Below, piece after piece: positions 46,907 to 55,476 of a stretch of 58,688 nucleotides of DNA. The notes below the pieces were generated by a model that was not told the DNA's origin, did not search any database, and saw nothing but the letters and a program-made list of their open reading frames with translations. How positions within the stretch are numbered: position 1 is the stretch's first letter; each line of letters starts with the position of its first letter. Source of the stretch: Comamonadaceae bacterium (GTDB lineage Bacteria; Pseudomonadota; Gammaproteobacteria; Burkholderiales; Burkholderiaceae_C); NCBI GenBank assembly GCA_947451565.1, contig CANFZT010000001.1, positions 1 to 58,688 on the forward strand, read 5' to 3'. A program made the translations under genes and the position numbers.

Positions 46907-47938
46907 TTACTTTTGAATTTGTGTCCACACCTTGGCGCGAATTTGAGTCGTCAAGCTGTCTGGCAAAGCCACGTAATCGAGGTCTTGCGCCATTTTCTTG
47001 CCGTTCGTGAATGCCCAATCGAAGAACTTGACAGCTTCAGCGGCTGCAGCTTTGTCAGCGGGCTGCTTGTACATCAAGATGAACGAGGCTGTGCTGATAG
47101 GCCAGCTGTTCGCACCTTTAGCATTGACCATGGACACACCCATACCAGGCACGCTCATCCAATCAGCACCTGCGGCTGCGGCTGCAAATGTCAAATCATC
47201 GGGTGCCACATACTTGCCATCCGCGTTTTGCAACTGCATGAAAGTCATGTTGTTCTTTTTCACGTAGGCGTATTCCACGTAACCCAAAGAGCCTTTGACG
47301 CGGTTCACGTTCGCAGCAACGCCTTCATTGCCCTTGCCACCCACTGAAGAAGCCGCTGGCCACTTCACGGCAGCGCCCTTGCCCACAGTGGCAGACCAGT
47401 CTTTGCTGACCGATGTCAAGTAGTCGGTAAAGTTGAACGTGGTACCAGAACCGTCTGCGCGGTGCACCACAGTGATGGCTTGTTCTGGCAATTTTTTACC
47501 TGGGTTCAAAGCCGCGATCTTGGGATCATTCCAGTTGGCAATCTTGCCCATGAACATCTCAGCCAACACTGGACCAGTAATGCGCAATTCGCCGGGCTTG
47601 AAACCTTCCAAGTTCACGACAGGCACGGTGCCGCCGATGATGGCTGGAAACTGAACCAAGCCTTCTTTTTCAAGATCTTCACCAGACAAAGGCGCATCAG
47701 TTGCACCAAAGGTCACCGTCTTGGCTTTGATTTGACGGATACCACCAGAAGAACCAATGGATTGGTAGTTCAAGCCGTTACCGGTCGCCGCTTTGTAGCC
47801 TTCAGCCCACTTGGCGTAAATAGGGAATGGAAAGGTCGCGCCTGCGCCAGTGATGTCGGCCGCGAAGGCGGAACCCATGGCCAACGTTGCCATTGCAGCG
47901 GCAGCCACGGATTTGATAAATGTGCGTTTCGTGTTCAT
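46907..47938 (-). CDS. pstS: Phosphate-binding protein PstS
   Basis: ITGAGATFP.P.Y.KW, YQSIGS.GG, FGATD, HRADGSGTT, GKGNEGV, GYVE. Confidence 0.97.
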   Translation of the reverse strand: MNTKRTFIKSVAAAAMATLAMGSAFAADITGAGATFPFPIYAKWAEGYKAATGNGLNYQSIGSSGGIRQIKAKTVTFGATDAPLSGEDLEKEGLVQFPAIIGGTVPVVNLEGFKPGELRITGPVLAEMFMGKIANWNDPKIAALNPGKKLPEQAITVVHRADGSGTTFNFTDYLTSVSKDWSATVGKGAAVKWPAASSVGGKGNEGVAANVNRVKGSLGYVEYAYVKKNNMTFMQLQNADGKYVAPDDLTFAAAAAGADWMSVPGMGVSMVNAKGANSWPISTASFILMYKQPADKAAAAEAVKFFDWAFTNGKKMAQDLDYVALPDSLTTQIRAKVWTQIQK

Positions 47939-47985
47939 GTGATTCCTTCAATTGGTAAGAACAGCAACGACTTTAGCCAGCCATT

Positions 47986-48010
47986 GTGACGAAACTGTGA
48001 CAAATATGAC
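47986..48010 (-). promoter_or_regulatory. Pho box upstream of pstS
   Basis: Minus strand GTCAT-attt-GTCAC-agtttc-GTCAC. Confidence 0.85.
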
Positions 48011-48027
48011 GGTTGCTCAATTCAACA

Positions 48028-48045
48028 TTTCAAGTATTATTGAAA
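48028..48045. promoter_or_regulatory. Probable ArsR operator
   Basis: Inverted repeat TTTCAA-gtatta-TTGAAA immediately before the arsR start. Confidence 0.65.
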
Positions 48046-48046
48046 C

Positions 48047-48388
48047 ATGAAAAACCAACAAATACCTGAAGTACAAGCAGTCGAAGCCTTGGCCGCACTG
48101 GCCCAAGCCCAACGTTTGCGGGCTTTTCGTGCCTTGGTGGTGGCAGGCGCCGAGGGACTCACCCCCAGCGCCTTGGCCGCTTTGTTGCAACTCGCCCCCA
48201 GCGCTTTGTCGTTTCACCTCAAAGCTTTGAGCCATGCGGGCTTGGTCAGTGCTGAAGCCTCTGGCCGTCACTTGATTTACCGCGCTGAGTTTGCGCGCAT
48301 GAACGACTTGCTTACCTACCTCACTCAAGACTGTTGCCAAGGCCAATCGTGTGCCGTGGTGCCCGAGACATCGAAAACCTGCTGCTAA
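48047..48388 (+). CDS. arsR: ArsR-family arsenic-responsive repressor
   Basis: ALAALAQ..RL..FR.LV, LSFHLK.L..AGLV, GR..IYRA, C-terminal DCC.G..C. Confidence 0.92.
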   Translation: MKNQQIPEVQAVEALAALAQAQRLRAFRALVVAGAEGLTPSALAALLQLAPSALSFHLKALSHAGLVSAEASGRHLIYRAEFARMNDLLTYLTQDCCQGQSCAVVPETSKTCC

Positions 48389-48391
48389 ATC

Positions 48392-48904
48392 ATGGCCACT
48401 CTCAACGTTCTCTTCTTGTGCACGCACAACTCTGCACGCAGCATCTTGGCGGAAGCTTTGCTGAACCACATGGCCACGGGCGCCACTAGCATGCGGTTCA
48501 AAGCCTATTCAGCGGGCAGCAGCCCACGCGAAAACCAACAGCCCAACTCCTTGGGCCTCGAAGTATTGAAGTCCGCTGGCATTGACACCTCATACCTCAG
48601 TAGCAAAAGCTGGGACGTGTTTGCCAAGCCCGATGCGCCACACATGGACTTAGTCATCACCGTGTGTGACAACGCCGCTGGCGAGGTGTGCCCCTATTGG
48701 CCAGGCCAGCCCGCCACTGCGCACTGGGGGTATGCCGATCCGTCAGCGATTGAAGGCAGCGACGAAGACAGATTGCAAGCGTTTCGCAACACCATGTACC
48801 TGATTCAAAAGCGCTTGCAACTGTTGGTGGACTTGCCGGCCGAGAAGCTGCAAAAAGCCATGTTGCAACACACGGCCAAAGAACTCAGTCAGGACCACAC
48901 ATGA
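48392..48904 (+). CDS. arsC: Arsenate reductase (LMW-PTPase fold)
   Basis: LFLCTHNSARS, SAGS.P, SKSWD, ITVCD.AAGEVCP.WPG, HWG..DP. Confidence 0.92.
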   Translation: MATLNVLFLCTHNSARSILAEALLNHMATGATSMRFKAYSAGSSPRENQQPNSLGLEVLKSAGIDTSYLSSKSWDVFAKPDAPHMDLVITVCDNAAGEVCPYWPGQPATAHWGYADPSAIEGSDEDRLQAFRNTMYLIQKRLQLLVDLPAEKLQKAMLQHTAKELSQDHT

Positions 48905-49923
48905 ACTTCTTTGAACGCTATCTCACCGCTTGGGTGGCCTTGTGCATCGTCATAGGCATTGCGCTGGGGCAATGGCAACCGGCGCTGTTCCAAGCCATTG
49001 GTCAATTCGAATACGCACAGGTCAATCTCCCCGTGGGTTTGCTGATTTGGGTGATGATCATTCCAATGCTGGTGAAGGTGGACTTCGGCGCATTGCATGA
49101 AGTGCGTCAGCACCTCAAAGGCATTGGCGTGACCTTGTTTGTGAATTGGTTGGTCAAGCCGTTTTCGATGGCGCTGCTGGGCTGGTTTTTCATTCGGTGC
49201 TTGTTTGCGCCACTCTTGCCTTCTGACCAAATTGACAGCTACATCGCAGGCCTGATTTTGTTGGCTGCTGCCCCCTGCACGGCCATGGTGTTTGTGTGGA
49301 GCCGCCTCACCAACGGCCACCCCTTGTTCACCCTGTCGCAAGTGGCCTTAAACGACGCCATCATGGTGGTGGCGTTTGCGCCACTGGTGGCGTTCTTGCT
49401 GGGGCTGTCAGCCATCATCGTGCCCTGGGACACGCTCATCACCTCTGTGGTGTTGTACATCGTCATTCCGGTGGTGTTGGCGCAGTTGTGGCGCAAAGCG
49501 CTGTTGGCACAAGGCTCCGAAAAGTTTGACACGGTGATGGCAAACATTGGCCCCTGGTCCATCGCGGCCTTGCTCGCCACACTCGTGTTGCTGTTCGCAT
49601 TTCAAGGTGAGGCGATTTTGAAGCAGCCCTTGGTCATCGCGTTGCTGGCCGTACCCATCCTCATCCAAGTGTTGTTCAACTCGGCCTTGGCTTACTTTCT
49701 CAACCGTGCCTTGGGTGAGGCACACAACGTGGCCTGCCCTTCGGCGCTCATTGGTGCTTCTAACTTCTTTGAGCTAGCCGTGGCTGCCGCCATCAGCTTG
49801 TTTGGTTTTGAGTCCGGCGCTGCATTGGCCACGGTGGTGGGCGTTCTGATTGAGGTGCCTGTCATGTTGCTGGTGGTGCATGTGGTGAATCGCAGCAAAG
49901 GGTGGTACGAGCGGATGCCTTGA
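48901..49923 (+). CDS. acr3: Acr3-family arsenite efflux pump
   Basis: FERYLT.WV, NWLVKPFSM, APCTAMVFVW, ASNFFELA, GVLIEVPVM. Confidence 0.96.
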   Translation: MNFFERYLTAWVALCIVIGIALGQWQPALFQAIGQFEYAQVNLPVGLLIWVMIIPMLVKVDFGALHEVRQHLKGIGVTLFVNWLVKPFSMALLGWFFIRCLFAPLLPSDQIDSYIAGLILLAAAPCTAMVFVWSRLTNGHPLFTLSQVALNDAIMVVAFAPLVAFLLGLSAIIVPWDTLITSVVLYIVIPVVLAQLWRKALLAQGSEKFDTVMANIGPWSIAALLATLVLLFAFQGEAILKQPLVIALLAVPILIQVLFNSALAYFLNRALGEAHNVACPSALIGASNFFELAVAAAISLFGFESGAALATVVGVLIEVPVMLLVVHVVNRSKGWYERMP

Positions 49924-49969
49924 ATGCCCCCCGCAGCCCCAAGGTCGGTCTGAATTTCTAGAATGTGCC

Positions 49970-50494
49970 ATGCGTTTTTTTTTGAATATTCTGGGTTTTC
50001 AAACCGCTTGGTGGACATGCATCGCAGGGGTTGGGCACGGCTTTGAAATACCAGCCTTGCTGTATGGCTTGTTGCTAGCGGGGCTGCACCTGCGCTTTGC
50101 CCACCAGCCTCGCCAAGAAGCCAAGCTGGCAGTGTTCGCTTTGATCGTCGGCATAGCAGCAGACACACTGCTGCAAATGGCATCGGTCATTGGTTTTTAC
50201 GGCTGGGCCCTTGGCCCCTTGAGCCCGTTTTGGCTGTGGCTGCTGTGGGCTTTGTTTGCCATGACCTTGAACACTTCTTTGGCGTTTTTACAAAACCACA
50301 CCCTCTGGCTGTCAGTGGCCGCGGGGCTGGTGTTTGGCCCGCTCACCTACTATGCTGGTGCACAACTAGGCGCCGCGTCATTTGACAACACCGCTGTTCA
50401 CTTAGGCGCTTTGGCCATCACTTGGGGCCTTGCACTTCCCGTTTTGGTCTACGTGGCCAAGCACTTTTTCACACCACCCAAAGGTATTTCATGA
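49970..50494 (+). CDS. DUF2878-like membrane protein
   Basis: N..GFQ.AW, G..AD, P.WL..LW..FA.TLN.SL, GPL.Y.AG..LGA. Confidence 0.8.
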   Translation: MRFFLNILGFQTAWWTCIAGVGHGFEIPALLYGLLLAGLHLRFAHQPRQEAKLAVFALIVGIAADTLLQMASVIGFYGWALGPLSPFWLWLLWALFAMTLNTSLAFLQNHTLWLSVAAGLVFGPLTYYAGAQLGAASFDNTAVHLGALAITWGLALPVLVYVAKHFFTPPKGIS

Positions 50495-51036
50495 TCAACC
50501 GTCGCACGCTTTTACTCAGTGGTATGACCACCACCGCCCTCGCCGGCCTCAGTGGCTGCGCTAGCCCCACAGTCGACGATTACGCCAGTCAAAAACCGGT
50601 GCTCGATTTACGCACCTACTTCAATGGCATGGTGGATGCGTGGGGCATCTTCACCGACCGCAACGGCAAAGTGGTCAAGCGTTTCACCGTCGAGATGAAA
50701 TGCCAATGGCACAACGACCAAGGCATCTTAGACGAGGACTTTGTCTACTCGGACGGCACCAAAGAAAAACGCATTTGGAAACTCACAGACAAAGGCAATG
50801 GCGCTTATGTGGGCACCGCTGGCGATGTGGTGGGCGTGGCCGAAGGCCAAACCAAAGGCAATGCCTTCAACTGGCGCTACACACTGGCCCTGTCCGTGGA
50901 CGGCACGGTGCTGAATGTAAAAATGGACGACTGGATGTATTTGATGAACGACCGCGTCATGCTCAACAAAGCACGCATGACCAAACTGGGCATCCACTTG
51001 GGCGATGTGACGCTGTCCTTCACGAAGCGGGCTTGA
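50491..51036 (+). CDS. DUF3833-like lipoprotein
   Basis: Lipobox LSGC, P.LDL..YF.G...AWG.F.DR.G, L.EDF.Y.DG, DDWMY. Confidence 0.85.
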   Translation: MINRRTLLLSGMTTTALAGLSGCASPTVDDYASQKPVLDLRTYFNGMVDAWGIFTDRNGKVVKRFTVEMKCQWHNDQGILDEDFVYSDGTKEKRIWKLTDKGNGAYVGTAGDVVGVAEGQTKGNAFNWRYTLALSVDGTVLNVKMDDWMYLMNDRVMLNKARMTKLGIHLGDVTLSFTKRA

Positions 51037-51040
51037 CACC

Positions 51041-51673
51041 ATGGGCTTTCAAAAAATTTTGCACCGTGTAGTGGCTAAGTCAATGACTTGCTTCAAGGAT
51101 TGTTTGAAGGCTAGCGTCTTGGCAGGCATCATGGCATCCACGATCTCCTACACCACCGCTCAGGCCAGCGAGCTGTCAGACCAACTGCAATCCCCCGAGT
51201 ATGTTTTGCTGATGCGCCACACGCTTGCCCCCGGAATTGGTGACCCAGCCAACTACACCTTGGATGACTGCAAAACCCAACGCAATCTCAGCGACGAAGG
51301 TCGCAAACAAGCGGTGGCGGTCGGCAACTGGCTCAAAAAACAAGGCGTACAAACCGCCAACGTGCACACCAGTGCCTGGTGCCGATGCAAAGACACGGCT
51401 GAATTATTGAGGTTGGGGCCCGCGACGGTTGAGCCTGCGCTGGCTTCATTTTTTGATGACATGGCACAAGCCAAAGCCCAAAACCAAAAGCTGGAGAAAT
51501 TCATTGCCACCCAACTCAAAAACAAAGGCAAACAAGCGCTAATTTTGGTGACCCACCATGTGAATATTTACGAGTTCATGGGCGAGAACATCGCCTCGGG
51601 AGACATGGTGGTGGCCAAGGTCAACTCAAATGGCAAGATGGTTGCCTACAAGCTGATACCGAGGCCAAACTGA
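51041..51673 (+). CDS. Histidine phosphatase-family protein, probably exported
   Basis: LMRH..APG.GD, C.TQRNLS..GR.QA, S.WCRC.DTA, LVTH.VNI. Confidence 0.82.
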   Translation: MGFQKILHRVVAKSMTCFKDCLKASVLAGIMASTISYTTAQASELSDQLQSPEYVLLMRHTLAPGIGDPANYTLDDCKTQRNLSDEGRKQAVAVGNWLKKQGVQTANVHTSAWCRCKDTAELLRLGPATVEPALASFFDDMAQAKAQNQKLEKFIATQLKNKGKQALILVTHHVNIYEFMGENIASGDMVVAKVNSNGKMVAYKLIPRPN

Positions 51674-52396
51674 ATCCGCCGAAGGTTTGGACACCGCAGC
51701 TTGACAGAAGCTGATGTCGCTAGGGTCCACATAGCGCGGCAGGAAGTAGCCGCAGCGCTTGATGTTGCGAACGGGGAGCAGATCGTGGCTGATTTTTTTC
51801 CGGAGCCGATGGATATAAACCTCAGCGGCGGTGGTGTTCAAGGTCACATTGTCCGGCGCGATGGCTTGAATCAAGCGCTCTTTGGGAATGATTTGTCCTA
51901 CCCGCTTGAGCAAAATGTCTAACACCTGCGCCTCGCGAGGTGTTAAATCTATGGCTACACCCGCGACGCACGCTTGCCGCGTCATGTGGTTGAAACTCAG
52001 CATCCCGTAATGACACACTGACACCGTCATGCCTTGTCGACGTCGCGTCAAAGCGCGAACCACAGCGCAAAAAATCGCCTCATCTGCGGATATCGCAAGA
52101 CAGCGGTCAAAGCCAGCGTCTAGCAAATCGGGAGCGAAAGCCATGTGTTGATCCGGGACAAGCGCGAGGCTTGCCACACGCTGCGCTGCACATTTTTCAG
52201 GCATAAAGGTGCTGGTCAAGTTCAATACCACGGGGGTGAGGTGGGCGACCATCAGGTCAAAGTGGCGCGAACGCCAAAGCGTTGCATCGTTCGACAACAC
52301 GTCGTAGCGCGCCACCCTCACCCCCATGCCCTCAAGTGTGTGGCGCAGCTGACCCGCCAGCACGTCGTCTTGCACAAAGAGCGCAACATCAAGCAT
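51626..52396 (-). CDS. Atypical OmpR-family regulator (degenerate receiver, intact winged helix)
   Basis: C-terminal DLTPREAQVL..L, EVYIHRLRKKI, RN.KR.GY; receiver has DLMVAH (no phospho-Asp) and no KP. Confidence 0.72.
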   Translation of the reverse strand: MLDVALFVQDDVLAGQLRHTLEGMGVRVARYDVLSNDATLWRSRHFDLMVAHLTPVVLNLTSTFMPEKCAAQRVASLALVPDQHMAFAPDLLDAGFDRCLAISADEAIFCAVVRALTRRRQGMTVSVCHYGMLSFNHMTRQACVAGVAIDLTPREAQVLDILLKRVGQIIPKERLIQAIAPDNVTLNTTAAEVYIHRLRKKISHDLLPVRNIKRCGYFLPRYVDPSDISFCQAAVSKPSADSVWPRYQLVGNHLAI

Positions 52397-53294
52397 GGCT
52401 TGAACTTGCCTGCACACGCTGGCGTGCAATGGCGGACACCCCTTGTTGGTTGAGCATCCACTGCACGGGCTCGGCCGACAGCTGCACCGCCAAGCGCGTG
52501 GCTTGTTTTTGCACAACACATGCAGCCGATTGGCCCAACAGCGCCAGCACCCACGGTGGCATGACATCAAAGGCGCATTTCAACATCAGCGCCATCCAAG
52601 GTTTGTCCCACACGTCCACAGGGTAGGCCTGAATGACTTGCAAAATCTCTTGCGCCCGCGCATCAAAGCGCAGCACATCGGCGAAGCCCAACAACTCGGC
52701 CTGCGCGGTGTCATAGGTCAATGGCAAATCAACCGCGCCCAACAAGTGCCCGACGCGGGCCATTTCTGCAATGTATTGATCGCAGGCTTGTGGCGACAAC
52801 GGTTGTTTGGCCAGGTGTTGGTAAGCCGCCAAAAACGAAGTGACCTCGACCAAATGCACCCAGCGAATCAACTCGGGCTCATTGGCTACATAGGGGCGGC
52901 CTTGCAGGTCGTTGCCACAGATGTTGGCGTGGATGGTGTTGACGCGGCGAATGGTATTGAGCGCCAAGGCTTCGCTGCCGTAGGTGGTGGCGGCCACAAA
53001 ATAAGCCGTACGCCCCAGACGCTCTTTGAGCTTGTGACGAAAGTCCGAGTGGTCCCACACCGCTGCCAAGGCGCGCGGATGCAAAGACTGCACGATGAGC
53101 GACGACAACCCCCCCACCATCATGGCGGTGAAGTTGGCATGCACCTGCCATGCCACAGAGTCAGGGCCAAACAAACCAGCGTCACCCTGAGGTGTGGCGA
53201 AGTCGGCTAGCGTAGCCGTCGAGCCTGTGATGGCACGCACACGTTCACCGAGGGCATTGAGCGCCAAGGTTTTGAGTGCGTGAGCGAGAGACAT
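52389..53294 (-). CDS. Oxygenase MpaB/DUF2236-family protein
   Basis: GD.GLFGPDSVAWQVH, GG..SL..Q.LHP, DHSDFR, RL.RT, H..I.G, Y.AN.P....WVH. Confidence 0.85.
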   Translation of the reverse strand: MSLAHALKTLALNALGERVRAITGSTATLADFATPQGDAGLFGPDSVAWQVHANFTAMMVGGLSSLIVQSLHPRALAAVWDHSDFRHKLKERLGRTAYFVAATTYGSEALALNTIRRVNTIHANICGNDLQGRPYVANEPELIRWVHLVEVTSFLAAYQHLAKQPLSPQACDQYIAEMARVGHLLGAVDLPLTYDTAQAELLGFADVLRFDARAQEILQVIQAYPVDVWDKPWMALMLKCAFDVMPPWVLALLGQSAACVVQKQATRLAVQLSAEPVQWMLNQQGVSAIARQRVQASSSHA

Positions 53295-53314
53295 GGTGAG
53301 GAGATGTTGGCGGC

Positions 53315-53512
53315 TCAAGCCTTGTGAGCCGCTGAGGCGCTTGTGGCTGCTGGCGGCAGTTGAACTTGCGACGCTGTGGCGTTCACAGCAATAACAACCT
53401 CTGAATTTGGGAAACACATTTTTTCGCCATCCCAGCGCTGGCCACACCAACACAAGCCGTCACCATTGATGATGCAGGTTCCAGTGCCACAGCACCTTGG
53501 GTCTTCGCTCAT
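53315..53512 (-). CDS. Small Cys-rich hypothetical protein
   Basis: CCGTGTCIINGDGLCWCGQRWDGEKMC; fits between co-oriented genes. Confidence 0.55.
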   Translation of the reverse strand: MSEDPRCCGTGTCIINGDGLCWCGQRWDGEKMCFPNSEVVIAVNATASQVQLPPAATSASAAHKA

Positions 53513-53528
53513 AAAGGTCTTTCAGCGT

Positions 53529-53816
53529 TTAACAGTTGGCGCGACGGTGGTCGGCTATGGCGTGGTCATCAAACTTCATGTCAGGGCTTCGCAGCGCTCG
53601 GTGCTTAGTGGTCCGACCCTTCATGCGCATGCGCCAGAGCCGAAATGAGCTGGGATTGAGCTCGGCACGCATGAGGCGAATCACCTCGGATTCGCTCAAG
53701 CCCATGCGCTCGTAAATGGTTTCAAAGGTGGTGCGGTCTTCCCATGCCATCTGAATCACGGCAGACACATCACCGAGGCTCAAGTTGGCAAGACGTTGGC
53801 TAGAGCTGAGTTGCAT
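53529..53816 (-). CDS. TIGR03643/DUF2805-family protein
   Basis: IQMAWEDRT.FE.I, GL.E.EVI.LMR..L...SFRLWR.R..GR.TKH. Confidence 0.88.
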   Translation of the reverse strand: MQLSSSQRLANLSLGDVSAVIQMAWEDRTTFETIYERMGLSESEVIRLMRAELNPSSFRLWRMRMKGRTTKHRALRSPDMKFDDHAIADHRRANC

Positions 53817-53845
53817 AATTTGCGTGGCCGTGTGAATGGAAATCT

Positions 53846-54370
53846 TCAGGCCATCATGATGGAGAGCTGAAACACCGAGTTGGGTGCCTTGGGCATGAGA
53901 GGTGCCACCAAGGGTTTGAACTTGAAGCGCCCCATGGTTTGCACAAACGAGCGTGCTTCTTCGTCACGCGACTCGTCCACAAAATCGGCCAATGTGAAGT
54001 TGCTGAGTGTGGCTTTGACGATTTGCTCTAAGCCGATTTCATAACTGGCTAGCGTTGATTGGTCTTCAAGCAAGTCGTCTGTCGCCTCGGCTGGCACAGA
54101 AGACGCTACGTCCAAGGTGCTTTCGAATACCGAGGCGATATCCCAAATGGAAATCAGCGAGGTGTCGCCCAAAATCATGTAGCCGCCGCCAGGCCCTTTC
54201 ATGGCGCCCACAATGTTGTGCGCTTTGAGTGGCTTGAGAATGTTCTCGAGGTAGGAGATCGACAAATCGAGTCTGGGCGACAACTCGGTGGTGGTGACAT
54301 AGCCTGCGCGCCGTTGGCCCGCTAAGTACACACAAACCTCAATGGCGTTGATGGTTTTTTTTGAAATCAT
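53846..54370 (-). CDS. Rrf2-family transcriptional regulator
   Basis: S.SYLE.I...L....IV....GPGGGY winged-helix motif; TLAD near the C-terminus. Confidence 0.85.
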   Translation of the reverse strand: MISKKTINAIEVCVYLAGQRRAGYVTTTELSPRLDLSISYLENILKPLKAHNIVGAMKGPGGGYMILGDTSLISIWDIASVFESTLDVASSVPAEATDDLLEDQSTLASYEIGLEQIVKATLSNFTLADFVDESRDEEARSFVQTMGRFKFKPLVAPLMPKAPNSVFQLSIMMA

Positions 54371-54405
54371 GATTCAAACTCCTATTGCATAGAATTTTCA
54401 CGCAT

Positions 54406-54479
54406 TAATCTACTCAAAAGATAATTTATTTTGTAAATTCGAATTTATCGACACATAATCTACTCAACACCTACTCAAT
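54406..54479. promoter_or_regulatory. Operator-like repeats in the Rrf2/MerR divergent promoter
   Basis: TAATCTACTCAA at 54406 and 54456; three tandem 11-mers atcgacacata/atctactcaac/acctactcaat (54447-54479); perfect palindrome TAAATTCGAATTTA (54434-54447). Confidence 0.6.
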
Positions 54480-54489
54480 AAATCGAATT

Positions 54490-55476
54490 TTGAATACCAG
54501 CACCCTTCCCTCAAGCGCCCTGTACCGCATTGGTGCGGTATCTAAAACCACGGGTATCCCCGTATCCACCTTGCGCATTTGGGAAACCCGCTATGGCGCG
54601 TTTAGCCCCGTCAAGACCGAAGGCAAGCAACGCTTGTTTGCCGAACAGGATGTGTCCAAGGCGCTGTTGCTCAAACAGTTGTCGCAAAACGGCCATGGCA
54701 TCAGCACCATTGCCAACCTCGACCTGGGGGAACTGCGCCGCATGAGCAACCTGGCGCACAACACGCCCCAAAGCTTGGCAGCACAGGGCCAGCCCGTATC
54801 GCTGGCGGTGGTGAGCCTGAGCATGGCCAATCGCATTGAGTCCAAAAAATTTGTAGCGGGTCTGAAGCAAAACCAAATCAAAGTCACCGACGTGTTGATG
54901 GACTTAGCCACAGCAGCTAACGCCGAATTGGCACAACAACCGCAGGTCTTGCTGGTCAAGGTCAACACCTTGCAAACTGCAGTGCACAGTGACATCAAAG
55001 CCTTGGTTGACAAACACAAATTCGCGCAAACCATCGTGATTTACAACTTTGCCCCTGAGTCCGTGGTGCAAGCTATGAGGTTTTCAGGCCTTATCGTACG
55101 GCGCGAACCCATCTCGGACATCGAACTGGCCGAGTTGCTGCAATCGGTGCTGTTTGTCGACCCTACGCGTGCACAAGAGTTTGGGACGACGGGATCGGTC
55201 ATTGCGGCTCGCAAGTATTCTGATACCACCCTCAGCCGCGTGGCGGGCATTTCAACCAATGTGCTGTGCGAGTGCCCGCGCCATGTGGCCGAGCTGATTG
55301 CCCAACTCGCCAGTTTTGAGGAATACAGCCAAGAGTGTTTGAACCGCAATGCAGAAGACGCTCACTTGCACGCCTATCTGCGGTCAATTTCAGGCTCTGC
55401 ACGTTCACTTTTTGAAAACGCTTTAGAGAAAATTGCGGCGCATGAGGGAATTGATCTGCGCGAAAGCGCAACCTAA
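54490..55476 (+). CDS. MerR-family transcriptional regulator with C-terminal CECPRH motif
   Basis: YRIGAVSK.TGI...TLR.WE.RY, R.F...DV, G..IS.IA; C-terminal CECPRH...FE.YS..C...H. Confidence 0.88.
   Translation: MNTSTLPSSALYRIGAVSKTTGIPVSTLRIWETRYGAFSPVKTEGKQRLFAEQDVSKALLLKQLSQNGHGISTIANLDLGELRRMSNLAHNTPQSLAAQGQPVSLAVVSLSMANRIESKKFVAGLKQNQIKVTDVLMDLATAANAELAQQPQVLLVKVNTLQTAVHSDIKALVDKHKFAQTIVIYNFAPESVVQAMRFSGLIVRREPISDIELAELLQSVLFVDPTRAQEFGTTGSVIAARKYSDTTLSRVAGISTNVLCECPRHVAELIAQLASFEEYSQECLNRNAEDAHLHAYLRSISGSARSLFENALEKIAAHEGIDLRESAT

Noticed and set aside
52443-53210. 255-aa plus-strand ORF
   Set aside because: Antisense shadow of the MpaB-family gene
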